A DNA stretch of 50,776 nt from a virus (IMGVR_UViG_3300011115_000265:1-50776); one strand, 5' to 3'. Shown: positions 1-8,241, counted from the stretch's first letter. The notes: generated by a model from the letters alone, not told the origin. Translations and numbers: made by a program.

Positions 1-127
1 CTTTATCAACATCTATCCACCCATAACCATTAGGGTGTTTTACAAAATACACAGGTTCTTGGTAGTATTCTTTCTCGGTTATAGATTGCATTTCATCTAA
101 CCATTCCAACTCAATGCCTTGCGCTGG
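1..127. repeat. 127-nt exact direct repeat, copy 1 (copy 2 at 45036-45162)
   Basis: ctttatcaac...gccttgcgctgg is identical at both sites and diverges at the next base (t vs c). Confidence 0.95.
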
Positions 128-247
128 TTGTTCTAGTGCTTTTTTGCAAGCGTCAATTACTTCTTCATACGCATTTATTATTATGCTTCGTTCACTTGCA
201 TGCTCTAACGCTTCAATTGCCATCTTCAATGCTTCGTCTTTATTCAT
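1..247 (-). CDS. Hypothetical protein, 'DEALKMAI' modular family (partial; would continue at 45035-44962 if circularised)
   Basis: Hand translation from ATG at 247: MNKDEALKMAIEALEHASERSIIINAYEEVIDACKKALEQPAQGIELEWLDE...; not in ORF track. Confidence 0.75.
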   Translation of the reverse strand, partial: MNKDEALKMAIEALEHASERSIIINAYEEVIDACKKALEQPAQGIELEWLDEMQSITEKEYYQEPVYFVKHPNGYGWIDVDK

Positions 248-644
248 AATTCTTTTCCTTTAATGCTTGTTCAATAATGCGAGCAAATTTATGTCCTGTA
301 TAACCACCTTCTGCGCCCATTGCTTTAAAAAAATTATTCCATATTTCATCATCACTTAATCCTTGCCATGATGGTGCGGGGTTACAATCTTTTTCACCTA
401 GTGTACAGACGCCTTTTGGCACTCCATGTTTGCAAAACGCTACAGGTTCTTGTGCTGTCTGTGTTTGTTCCATATAACATTCTTTACAGCATCCATCATC
501 TACACCATGCTTACACGCTTCCTGTTCTAATGCTTCCTCACATGCTTTCAATGCTTCAAAGTCACCATCAGTACCACCATAAGCATCTCCATATCTTTCC
601 AACGCTTCAATCGCCATCTTTAATGCTTCGTCTTTAGTCATCAT
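240..644 (-). CDS. Hypothetical protein, 'DEALKMAI' modular family
   Basis: Shares DEALKMAI, ACxxALEQ, AQEPVA, WQGLSDDEI and FARxIEQALKEKN blocks with 45812-46306. Confidence 0.75.
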   Translation of the reverse strand: MMTKDEALKMAIEALERYGDAYGGTDGDFEALKACEEALEQEACKHGVDDGCCKECYMEQTQTAQEPVAFCKHGVPKGVCTLGEKDCNPAPSWQGLSDDEIWNNFFKAMGAEGGYTGHKFARIIEQALKEKNYE

Positions 645-1389
645 TTAAGTATTCCTTAAAAGTATTAACATATTTATCTAATGTGATACCAACCAGTCCA
701 GGAGCTGTATTAACCTCAAATACAAATACACGGGAATCACGCTCACGATAGCCCACGTCAACAGCACCAAAATCAAGACCAAGCAAATTAACCGCTTGAA
801 TAGATGATGATAGTAGTATCTCAGGAACATCTATATCAGCCCTAGCATATATGTAGCCATTGGAATGATTACGGATGCCAGTATTAGGCCCTCTATAATC
901 AATACGTTTTTTCTTTTGTTGTACATCTATTACCTTTCCTTTGAATACATGAACACGGAATTCGTACTTATGTTTAGTAGCAACTGTATACAATGGGGCA
1001 TTTACTAACTCATCAGAATTACTTGCTATAATAATACCACTTCCTGAATGTCCTGTTAAATTTGTACGACAATATATATTACTATTATGAATGTTTAGTA
1101 ACCTATTAGCCATGTCTTTAGTAGTACACCAAGTAGGTAAGTGTTCAAAGTTAGCATTACGTAATGTTTCAAATGTTTTAAGTTTGTTACTAGCAATTGC
1201 TATCGCCTCATGTTTGTTTAAATCATGAGAGGCATGTAGTATAGCACTAGGCCTACTGTTACCCCAGTTAATAATAACATCACGTCTACGAGCATCGTAG
1301 GTAGGTTTAACACGTAGTACATTAAGCCCATGTGCTAATGCTTTAGCAGACTGAGATCCCATTTTATATGGAAAGACTTTAAAACGCAT
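634..1389 (-). CDS. ATP-grasp ligase (RimK-like, phiEco32-type), allele A
   Basis: IINWG, NKLKTF, GHSGSGI, EFRVHVF, LGLDFGAVD and FEVNTAPG motifs; start moved to MRFKVF by comparison with allele B. Confidence 0.85.
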   Translation of the reverse strand: MRFKVFPYKMGSQSAKALAHGLNVLRVKPTYDARRRDVIINWGNSRPSAILHASHDLNKHEAIAIASNKLKTFETLRNANFEHLPTWCTTKDMANRLLNIHNSNIYCRTNLTGHSGSGIIIASNSDELVNAPLYTVATKHKYEFRVHVFKGKVIDVQQKKKRIDYRGPNTGIRNHSNGYIYARADIDVPEILLSSSIQAVNLLGLDFGAVDVGYRERDSRVFVFEVNTAPGLVGITLDKYVNTFKEYLNDD

Positions 1390-1711
1390 ACTTTGGTCCT
1401 TTCTTTTTATTTTCAAAACGTGTACTAAGTTGTTTACTCTTACGTATAATATTAATATACTTAAGATCAGTTGGATTAAGTTCAGAATTAATCTGTATTA
1501 CTTTGACATAGGATGCATAAACATTCCATCCATGCCCTTCTTTGGCTAGCCCTTCACAGGTATGCCCATCTACATAGTTGTCCCAATCTATATCAATAAC
1601 CATTACAGATCCTGTAGTCCAAGTATTAACAACGGTACCTTCATACCCTGTTTTAATTTTATCATTATTACCTGTGTATATTACTCTATCTCCAACATTA
1701 ATATGATTCAT
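1379..1711 (-). CDS. Small SH3-like protein with conserved C-terminal basic helix
   Basis: VGDRV start, WNV motif, KYINIIRKSKQLSTRF tail; paralogous to 44520-44864 and 47065-47951; fold is inferred. Confidence 0.6.
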   Translation of the reverse strand: MNHINVGDRVIYTGNNDKIKTGYEGTVVNTWTTGSVMVIDIDWDNYVDGHTCEGLAKEGHGWNVYASYVKVIQINSELNPTDLKYINIIRKSKQLSTRFENKKKGPKYAF

Positions 1712-2573
1712 AATCCCAACCTCCTTTAGGTTGCCATTGACCTACTGGATCTGGTTCTTCCCAGATATCAATGTCACTGAACTTAATGTTATAAATAAAC
1801 TCGGCATCATCATTCATAAGGTCAACTGAATAGTCTTTGTTGACTCCTACAATTTCCCAGATAGAATCACGAGCATAAGATTTCTTAAGTGCACGATCAA
1901 AGTGTCCCCAACTAAGAGTTACAATCTCACCAACAACCATATGATCTTTCTTTTTATTCCAGTCTTGATTGTTGTAATAGTTACTCCAGCTAGAACCAAA
2001 CATAGCTGGTGTATCTGGTTTAGCTACAACAGGTGCAGGCTTTTTGTAACCTGCATTTGAGTACCATACACCTTCATCCCAGTAACCTTTATCTTCGTTG
2101 AAAATCTTAGTATTGCCTGTATTATCCATGAAAATTAACTTACTATAACCAATACGAGACTCAATAAGTTTCTTAACTGGATCCTCAAACAGACCTAAGT
2201 TACCCCATTTGTTGACGAATGGTTGGATTACATCCTCATTGAACAACCAAGTATCTGATTTATTATTATCAGTATAGCCACTGATGACACCATTATGAAC
2301 AAATGCGAACTTATCATTAACCAAATAAGGGTGACAATTATCTTTATTGATCTGACCATGAGTTTTAATCCTAAAATGAATTACACATTCTTTAGTACGA
2401 TCACGACGATACGATTGCCAGAACTCAGAGAAAGAAAAGAAACCTTTCTTAACATAGAGTTTGTCATTCTTATGGAACATATAACCAGCACCGTCAGGAT
2501 TAGTATCATAACAACGTTCAAGTGTTTCACGGTCAATCTCTTTACCTTCTGGTTTATAAATAGCAATACACAT
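1698..2573 (-). CDS. Class II (Ntn) glutamine amidotransferase, allele A
   Basis: N-terminal MC, NPDGAG, HFRIKTHG, NCHPY, HNGVI and SDT motifs. Confidence 0.9.
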   Translation of the reverse strand: MCIAIYKPEGKEIDRETLERCYDTNPDGAGYMFHKNDKLYVKKGFFSFSEFWQSYRRDRTKECVIHFRIKTHGQINKDNCHPYLVNDKFAFVHNGVISGYTDNNKSDTWLFNEDVIQPFVNKWGNLGLFEDPVKKLIESRIGYSKLIFMDNTGNTKIFNEDKGYWDEGVWYSNAGYKKPAPVVAKPDTPAMFGSSWSNYYNNQDWNKKKDHMVVGEIVTLSWGHFDRALKKSYARDSIWEIVGVNKDYSVDLMNDDAEFIYNIKFSDIDIWEEPDPVGQWQPKGGWDYESY

Positions 2574-4147
2574 TATGCGAATCCTTTCAAGTGATTTGAT
2601 AACTCTGGATAGTCTTTGCGATGTGACTGCATCCAGTTAATAAATGATGAGTAGTGTGTTAGATGTTTGAGACTTGTGTTTAGTTGAGCAGGTTGACAAT
2701 AGTCAGTCAATGCTTGACAGAACTCAAGACGAGATGCAAACTGTTCCCAGTTACTTGGAGTACTAAAGATACGGAACTCGATAGTCTCAGGTGGTGACAG
2801 ATTTAATGCATTGTATCTAGCAGTACTATTGTTTCTATTGACCAATGGATAACTAATAGTTCGACTTGAATCTTGACGAGCATAGTTATTGTCAATACGA
2901 CCAGCAATGTATGCAACAAAATCTTTGTTGTCTAATCTGTTAATGAACTCAGTCATCTTACCAATTGTAAATAGATTCAATGGCTTACGACTGACATGTA
3001 CATGCATACCTGTGTTGGATGCAGCAAATAATTCACCAGGAAGATTGTCATAGAACTTTTTGAACTCTTCCATGTGGATTTCTAATGTTGCAGGACATGT
3101 AACAATCTCAAAGCCATTTTGAATTGATCCATCTGATTTCATAATGGCATGACCAGCTAATTGTTTACCAACTTTAACACGAGCTTTATCTTTGTCAGTT
3201 GTTTCATACTCTAGCTCGATACCTAAGTACAACGTACTAGGTTTTACATTCTTAGCTTTAAATCTGAGTAATGATGGAACTTTAGTTGAGTAGCTGTGAA
3301 TCTTGTAACGAAGTTGTAAACAGTTCCAACAAACACCGTCATCAAAGCCCTCAGCTGGTGCCTCATTGTTACATTCTGGACAGTGTTGCATTATTAATGA
3401 GTCACGATTGTAAGCACGACCACGATACATGATTTGTGATTCATGTAGCAAGCAAAATCCATGACCTTCTAAACGTTCTTCACGATATCCAAAGTCTGTT
3501 GGATTTAAATTGTATAAATAACTTTCATAGTTACCACCAAAGTTAGAAGTAGCTTCTAGTTTACGTAAAATAATTTCATTGGATAGAAAACAAACTCGTA
3601 GGTCTATAATACCAAAGTTAGTTTTTAGATAGTTAATTACATCTGTGTTATTGAACGTAGGATTAAGACGTTTAGTTTCTTCAATGACAGTGTCAAGTAA
3701 TTGTTTTGTAAACATACTTGAGTATAGTTGTCTAGAACGAATACGTCTAGCTACTTCTTTGTAAATACCTTTACGTAACTTACCATTTAGTAAGCGTAAT
3801 GTTGGAGGATTACACATGTAATACAAAGCATCAAGGAAGGCTCCATTAGCATCCCATCCATCACGGGTTACTAGACCAGCCCATTTAGCTAGGTGCATGC
3901 CTTGATCTACTTGTTTGCCAGTACGTTTACTGAATGAACTAATTATTAGCCATTCTCTATTACGTATAACAAGTCCATTTGTTTCTGCTTCTGTTTGAAC
4001 TCTTGGTGTTGCTACTTCTAGGGATATGACAGTATACTCACGACCATCCCAGTTAGTACGGGTTCCTTCTTTGAATCTGAAGTCAGGGTGGAGATTTGGT
4101 ATATTAAAATCTAACTCCATTAACTTTTTAAGGTTAAACGGTTTCAT
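2573..4147 (-). CDS. Putative amidoligase (COOH-NH2 ligase, glutamine-synthetase-like fold), allele A
   Basis: GIELE, DGSI, GFEIVT, GMHVHVS, RYNALN and TIEFRIF motifs; CxxC..CxxC before the catalytic domain. Confidence 0.85.
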   Translation of the reverse strand: MKPFNLKKLMELDFNIPNLHPDFRFKEGTRTNWDGREYTVISLEVATPRVQTEAETNGLVIRNREWLIISSFSKRTGKQVDQGMHLAKWAGLVTRDGWDANGAFLDALYYMCNPPTLRLLNGKLRKGIYKEVARRIRSRQLYSSMFTKQLLDTVIEETKRLNPTFNNTDVINYLKTNFGIIDLRVCFLSNEIILRKLEATSNFGGNYESYLYNLNPTDFGYREERLEGHGFCLLHESQIMYRGRAYNRDSLIMQHCPECNNEAPAEGFDDGVCWNCLQLRYKIHSYSTKVPSLLRFKAKNVKPSTLYLGIELEYETTDKDKARVKVGKQLAGHAIMKSDGSIQNGFEIVTCPATLEIHMEEFKKFYDNLPGELFAASNTGMHVHVSRKPLNLFTIGKMTEFINRLDNKDFVAYIAGRIDNNYARQDSSRTISYPLVNRNNSTARYNALNLSPPETIEFRIFSTPSNWEQFASRLEFCQALTDYCQPAQLNTSLKHLTHYSSFINWMQSHRKDYPELSNHLKGFA

Positions 4148-4160
4148 ATTAAAGTCCTCT

Positions 4161-4334
4161 TTAATTTAAGAATAAAACGCTTTCTATTGATGCAAATATA
4201 ATACTTAAAATTACTACAAATGTAATTACTCCGATAGATACCTCCTTTAGTAATGGTTGTTGATCATCCCAATACCCCAGTTTGAATGGGTCTTGGCGTA
4301 AGTAATAATAATGCTTTGGATCATATTGATTCAT
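4161..4334 (-). CDS. Small membrane protein (57 aa)
   Basis: Hand-translated MNQYDPKH...VSIGVITFVVILSIIFASIESVLFLN; one hydrophobic segment. Confidence 0.5.
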   Translation of the reverse strand: MNQYDPKHYYYLRQDPFKLGYWDDQQPLLKEVSIGVITFVVILSIIFASIESVLFLN

Positions 4335-4379
4335 TTTGTATGTTCCCAGAATCTTAACATATCTGATGCATTAATTGGT

Positions 4380-4568
4380 TTAGATTGTTCGTTCATAATG
4401 AATCCCTTCGTATTTACAAGTACCTAGTTGACTATCACGTTCAATAGAACAAGGCACATATTTAATAAGCCCATACACAGGCTCTACATAATCTTTACGC
4501 ATACATTGTGGTTGACATCCATTTAAATGTATGAAATGTTTACAATTCTTACATAGATTTACTTGCAT
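4380..4568 (-). CDS. Small Cys-rich protein
   Basis: CKNCKHF...C...C..ER...C pattern; overlaps its neighbour as in an operon. Confidence 0.65.
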   Translation of the reverse strand: MQVNLCKNCKHFIHLNGCQPQCMRKDYVEPVYGLIKYVPCSIERDSQLGTCKYEGIHYERTI

Positions 4569-4740
4569 TTACAGTCCCTTTTGCACGTAATGCAGCAGTT
4601 TTAGAGATAAGATAATGACGACTGATTGTAGAACTATACTTAGGCAGACGACTATAGATTTTATAGTATGCAGCACAGTAAGCTTCCCATAATGATTCAG
4701 TAGACATATCGCCTAATAAAATGTGTTTACGATTAAACAT
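4549..4740 (-). CDS. Hypothetical protein
   Basis: LWEAYCAAYYKIYSRLP resembles LNEEFCFWYFKVYEKFP of 50382-50567. Confidence 0.6.
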   Translation of the reverse strand: MFNRKHILLGDMSTESLWEAYCAAYYKIYSRLPKYSSTISRHYLISKTAALRAKGTVNASKSM

Positions 4741-4779
4741 AACTTGAACGCCCCATTTTGATGATAGTAGTTAGCCCCG

Positions 4780-4956
4780 CTAGAAGCCATATTGTTGAAT
4801 TGACAGTTGACGCTTAACTTCGTCAAGAGTATGAATATTAATACATTCAGTTGGAACTTCATCGACATGACGATAGCCTTCTTCGAACATGAAGTCTGTT
4901 AGTTCATCTACAATAAGAACTTGATTTGAATATTTGTTAATTACACGATAATACAT
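4780..4956 (-). CDS. Hypothetical protein
   Basis: ORF track, start trimmed to MYYRVINK. Confidence 0.55.
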   Translation of the reverse strand: MYYRVINKYSNQVLIVDELTDFMFEEGYRHVDEVPTECINIHTLDEVKRQLSIQQYGF

Positions 4957-4960
4957 AATA

Positions 4961-5134
4961 TTAGTCTTTAAGTTGTGGATCGAAATGTAACATGGAAGTC
5001 CAAAAAGCAGCAAATAGTAACATTGCTATAACTTGTAAAGTATCATTGTTTAAAGCAGCATTGATTGCAATTAAGAAATGAAATACAGCCATAAGAATGT
5101 AAAGAATAATACCGAAGTTTTTTGAATCAATCAT
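4961..5134 (-). CDS. Small two-TM membrane protein
   Basis: MIDSKNFGIILYILMAVFHFLIAINA...VIAMLLFAAFW; AAGG upstream. Confidence 0.6.
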   Translation of the reverse strand: MIDSKNFGIILYILMAVFHFLIAINAALNNDTLQVIAMLLFAAFWTSMLHFDPQLKD

Positions 5135-5147
5135 GATAAGTACCTTA

Positions 5148-5174
5148 TAAAAAAATCCCCCAATTAAGGGGGAT
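5148..5174 (-). terminator. Rho-independent terminator
   Basis: Minus strand: atccccc/ggggat stem followed by a T-run, just downstream of 5201-5512. Confidence 0.75.
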
Positions 5175-5200
5175 ATCAATTATTATGAAGATGATGAAAC

Positions 5201-5512
5201 TTACTCAGCAGTTACTTTACCTGCATCTGCTGAGTTACTTGCACGTGATAGATCACCACTTGGAAGTGAGGCGTTGTCTAGTGAAGCATCTGTTGTGTTT
5301 TCACGTTTAGCTAAGTAAGCTTTGTTCTTGTCACGAAGATCTGATAACTCATCGACGATGTCAACTAACTCTTTAGCGAAAGGTGATTTGTAACGACGCA
5401 TTACTGATTCTACTTCTTGTAATGATTGTAAAGCTAGGTAAAGACGTAAGCCTGAGTTAGCTTCTTTCATAAGTTCGTTATAGGTTGTAAAGTTAAATGA
5501 ATTTGTAGCCAT
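5201..5512 (-). CDS. First early gene, helical hypothetical protein
   Basis: AGGAG RBS, own terminator, 103 aa. Confidence 0.8.
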   Translation of the reverse strand: MATNSFNFTTYNELMKEANSGLRLYLALQSLQEVESVMRRYKSPFAKELVDIVDELSDLRDKNKAYLAKRENTTDASLDNASLPSGDLSRASNSADAGKVTAE

Positions 5513-5765
5513 GATAATACTCCTAATTAAGGTTTAAAATTAAGCAGCTCGTGCTGCGAGGAACCAAGAGGCCCGACATCAAGACAAGGTTGTCAAGGAG
5601 ATAGAGCTTACCAAGCGTTAGCCGAGCCAGTCGACGGGTTATCAGACTGGGAGGCGTTACGTTGGTTAGCGATTAGCCCTTGCAACGTTGGCTGTCGGGA
5701 CTACGGTCCGCAAGCAATAAGCACAGCTGCGTATTTAATCCGATATAGGTGAGTTATGATGGCTA
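5506..5765. other. Long imperfect inverted repeat (rod-like structured RNA or ssDNA element)
   Basis: Nested pairings tagccat/atggcta, gcagct/agctgc, cccgaca/tgtcggg, gttgtcaagg/ccttgcaac, ccagtc/gactgg; GC-richer than flanks. Confidence 0.75.
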
Positions 5766-5825
5766 TAAAGAAACATTATTGTATTAAATTATGTGTGAAA
5801 GATGTGAGGATTACGGACTGGATAG

Positions 5826-5963
5826 TGTGGATATTTGATATGATAATTGTGTGGATAATTATTCTGTAAGTGATTGATGAATATGATTGGTGATTAGAAC
5901 CCTATACAATTACCTATGTGGATAGTAATAAGTGTTGTATAAATGATACAGTATTGTGGATAG
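5826..5963. promoter_or_regulatory. Cluster of four co-oriented DnaA-box-like 9-mers plus an IHF-like site
   Basis: TGTGGATAA at 5850-5858 (perfect); TGTGGATAT at 5826; TGTGGATAG at 5917 and 5955; TAAgtgaTTGATg at 5867-5879. Confidence 0.5.
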
Positions 5964-6019
5964 TGTTGTATATAAACAACAGCTACTCTACGGATAGGTA
6001 TAAGATACTACATGTTGTG

Positions 6020-6066
6020 GTATGTATGATATGTAATACACTATAGGTTGTATGTATGATATGTAA
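6020..6066. repeat. 17-nt direct repeat with 30-nt period
   Basis: gtatgtatgatatgtaa at 6020-6036 and 6050-6066. Confidence 0.8.
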
Positions 6067-6383
6067 GACAAGTGTTAGAACAGATAGGGGACATAGTCTA
6101 TCAATAAGTCAGATTAGTCTATTCGTTATCCTCAACCCTATAGGGGGGGAGCAATAATCAAATTAAAATTATAGGTGTCTAGCACTAAACTACGTTTTTA
6201 TAAAAATTCTCAATAGGGCCTAGTCAGGATGATTTCGAACACTGGGATATACTCTGATATCAATTTTATAAAATAATTAGTTTTAGATAGGTTTATGTTA
6301 GTTTTAGAACTATAATTGTCGTCCTCGGATACCCCGATCTCGGACTCACTGTTAAGGAGGATATTGTTAGGAATAAATAACAC

Positions 6384-6412
6384 TTGACATTTTAATTAAA
6401 GTATGTTAAAAT
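6384..6412 (+). promoter_or_regulatory. Sigma70 promoter
   Basis: TTGACA-17 nt-TAAAAT with extended -10 TG. Confidence 0.65.
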
Positions 6413-6413
6413 C

Positions 6414-6534
6414 TAATTAATTATTAATAATAATATTAATATAATAATAATAATATATATTATAATATATAATAATAAATATAATATTATAATAATATAT
6501 AATAATATAATATATATTAATATAAATAATATTA
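6414..6534. repeat. 121-nt pure A/T low-complexity tract
   Basis: No G or C between 6414 and 6534. Confidence 0.9.
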
Positions 6535-6637
6535 GACAACTAAAGTTGTTAAAAGTTCGTTATAAAATAAAATTAAATATTCCTTACCTAAAAATATTAA
6601 CCTAACCCGAGTTGTTTCAACTTGCTGTAAATAGTAC

Positions 6638-6666
6638 TTGACAAACCTAACCTTTTCGTGTATAAT
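6638..6666 (+). promoter_or_regulatory. Consensus sigma70 promoter for the packaging/structural operon
   Basis: TTGACA-17 nt-TATAAT, 28 nt before the terS start. Confidence 0.85.
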
Positions 6667-6694
6667 AATAGACATAGAGTGAAGGTTTATGTAA

Positions 6695-7342
6695 ATGATA
6701 CGAGATGAACTACCTAAAGATACTGACGAGAGTAAACTCTCTGGCTATAAGCTAGATGATCATGAGATCATTTTAGGTAAAAAACGAGGTCCTGGTTTTA
6801 AGTTCTCTAACCCTAACTACTACAACCTTGAACAAAAGACTGATGCTTGTGCTTTGTACTGTGTGTATGGAGATATAGAACAAGTATCCGAAATGACTGG
6901 AATCCCTGCTAAGTTTATTCGTGATTGGAAAGAAGAACCTTGGTGGAAAGAGATTCAAAAGAAAGTTTTTGTAGAACAGAATGAAAAACTAGCAGGTCGT
7001 ATTAGTGGAGTTCTTGACAAGTCTCTTGAACACTTAGTAGACAGGTTAGACAATGGTGATTACCTTTGGGATGTACGTAAATCAAAACTAGTTCGAAAAC
7101 CAGTTGATACCAAAGTCCTTGCAACAGTCTTTAACAGTTTAATAACTCGAAGACAATTAATACGTGGTGAACCAACAAGTATTACTTCTCAACTAGGAGT
7201 TGATGACAGACTCAAAATGCTTGCTGATCAGTTTGAAAAGTTTGCAGTAGCTAAAGAAATTGTACAATCCCCTCCTCAAATTATTGATATAGAAAGTGAA
7301 CAAGATGGCAACGAAGAAACCAGCAATGGCGAAGATGTTTAA
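6695..7342 (+). CDS. terS: Putative terminase small subunit
   Basis: HTH-like segment (IEQVSEMTGIPAKFIRDWK), helical C-terminus, first gene of the operon upstream of terL. Confidence 0.6.
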   Translation: MIRDELPKDTDESKLSGYKLDDHEIILGKKRGPGFKFSNPNYYNLEQKTDACALYCVYGDIEQVSEMTGIPAKFIRDWKEEPWWKEIQKKVFVEQNEKLAGRISGVLDKSLEHLVDRLDNGDYLWDVRKSKLVRKPVDTKVLATVFNSLITRRQLIRGEPTSITSQLGVDDRLKMLADQFEKFAVAKEIVQSPPQIIDIESEQDGNEETSNGEDV

Positions 7343-7544
7343 AGGCAAAGAAACTAAAGCTGAAGAAACTAAAGAAGCCAAGGCTGTTAAGTCTGGTAAA
7401 ATCTCTGTAGCTCAATATGCTAAGGGTGAAGCTTCTGAAGGTAAGGGCGAAGGCAAAGGTGCTGTGGCTAAAGGTAAAGCTCTTAAGTCTGGTAAGCTAT
7501 CTGTTAAAGATTATGCTAGTCCTGCTAAGAAAATGAAGAAGTAA
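7305..7544 (+). CDS. Small Lys/Ala-rich basic protein
   Basis: MATKKPAMAK...; internal KSGK(I/L)SV repeat. Confidence 0.7.
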   Translation: MATKKPAMAKMFKGKETKAEETKEAKAVKSGKISVAQYAKGEASEGKGEGKGAVAKGKALKSGKLSVKDYASPAKKMKK

Positions 7545-7678
7545 TGGCTAAAGGTTTATATGCAAATATTAATGCTAGGAAGAAACAAGGTACTAACAGA
7601 CCTAAAAGTAAATCTACAATTACTTCTAAGGCCTATGCAAATATGGAAAAAGGCTTTCCTAAGAAGGGTAAGAAATAA
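7544..7678 (+). CDS. Small basic protein (44 aa)
   Basis: MAKGLYANINARKKQGTNRPKSKSTITSKAYANMEKGFPKKGKK; TAATG coupling at both ends; not in ORF track. Confidence 0.75.
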   Translation: MAKGLYANINARKKQGTNRPKSKSTITSKAYANMEKGFPKKGKK

Positions 7679-7938
7679 TGGCAACTAAAAAAAAGGGCGT
7701 AAGCCTTGCAGTAGGTCGTGGTGAGAAACTTTCAACTAAAGCTGGTGCTGGTTTAACAGCTAAAGGCCGTGCTAAGTACAATGCAGCTACTGGTTCTCAT
7801 TTAAAAGCACCACAACCTGAAGGTGGTCCACGTAAAAAGTCTTTCTGTGCTCGTATGTCTGGTATGCCAGGCCCTATGAAAGATGAAAAAGGTCGTCCTA
7901 CACGCAAAGCTGCCTCTCTTAAACGTTGGAAATGCTAA
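7678..7938 (+). CDS. Small basic phage protein
   Basis: GLTAKGRAKYN...RKKSFCARM...RWKC pattern; TAATG coupling. Confidence 0.8.
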   Translation: MATKKKGVSLAVGRGEKLSTKAGAGLTAKGRAKYNAATGSHLKAPQPEGGPRKKSFCARMSGMPGPMKDEKGRPTRKAASLKRWKC

Positions 7939-7940
7939 GA

Positions 7941-8201
7941 ATGCCATCAAGTCCTAACTATAAACGTGATTACAAAGCTGAATATGAAGACCATCATTCC
8001 TCTACCAAAGCAAAAAAAGAGAGAGCTGCCAGGAATAAAGCAGCCCGTGCTAAAGGTGAGGCAGGTAAAGATGTAGATCACAAAAAACCTCTACGTTCTG
8101 GTGGTTCTACCTCCCTAAGTAACACAAGGGTCCGTGCAGTATCAGCAAATCGTTCAGATAATGGACATAAACCTGGCGAAAAACAGAAAAAACGTAAGTA
8201 A
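7941..8201 (+). CDS. HNH endonuclease-like protein (terminase-associated)
   Basis: RDYKAEY, DVDHKKPL..GG....N.......NRS motifs. Confidence 0.75.
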   Translation: MPSSPNYKRDYKAEYEDHHSSTKAKKERAARNKAARAKGEAGKDVDHKKPLRSGGSTSLSNTRVRAVSANRSDNGHKPGEKQKKRK

Positions 8202-8241
8202 GAGTTTACCCAGCTGGTAGGTCGTCAGCTTGGGTCTTGGT

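Noticed and set aside
1-127. Biological direct terminal repeat
   Set aside because: It lies mid-gene, its length equals a common k-mer, and the second copy is internal. Real termini are more likely in 5770-6690.
240-644. Diversity-generating retroelement behind the repeated gene family
   Set aside because: No reverse transcriptase gene, and differences are block inserts rather than adenine-specific substitutions.
5817-6066. CRISPR mini-array
   Set aside because: Repeats are only 8-17 nt, irregularly spaced, and no cas genes are present.
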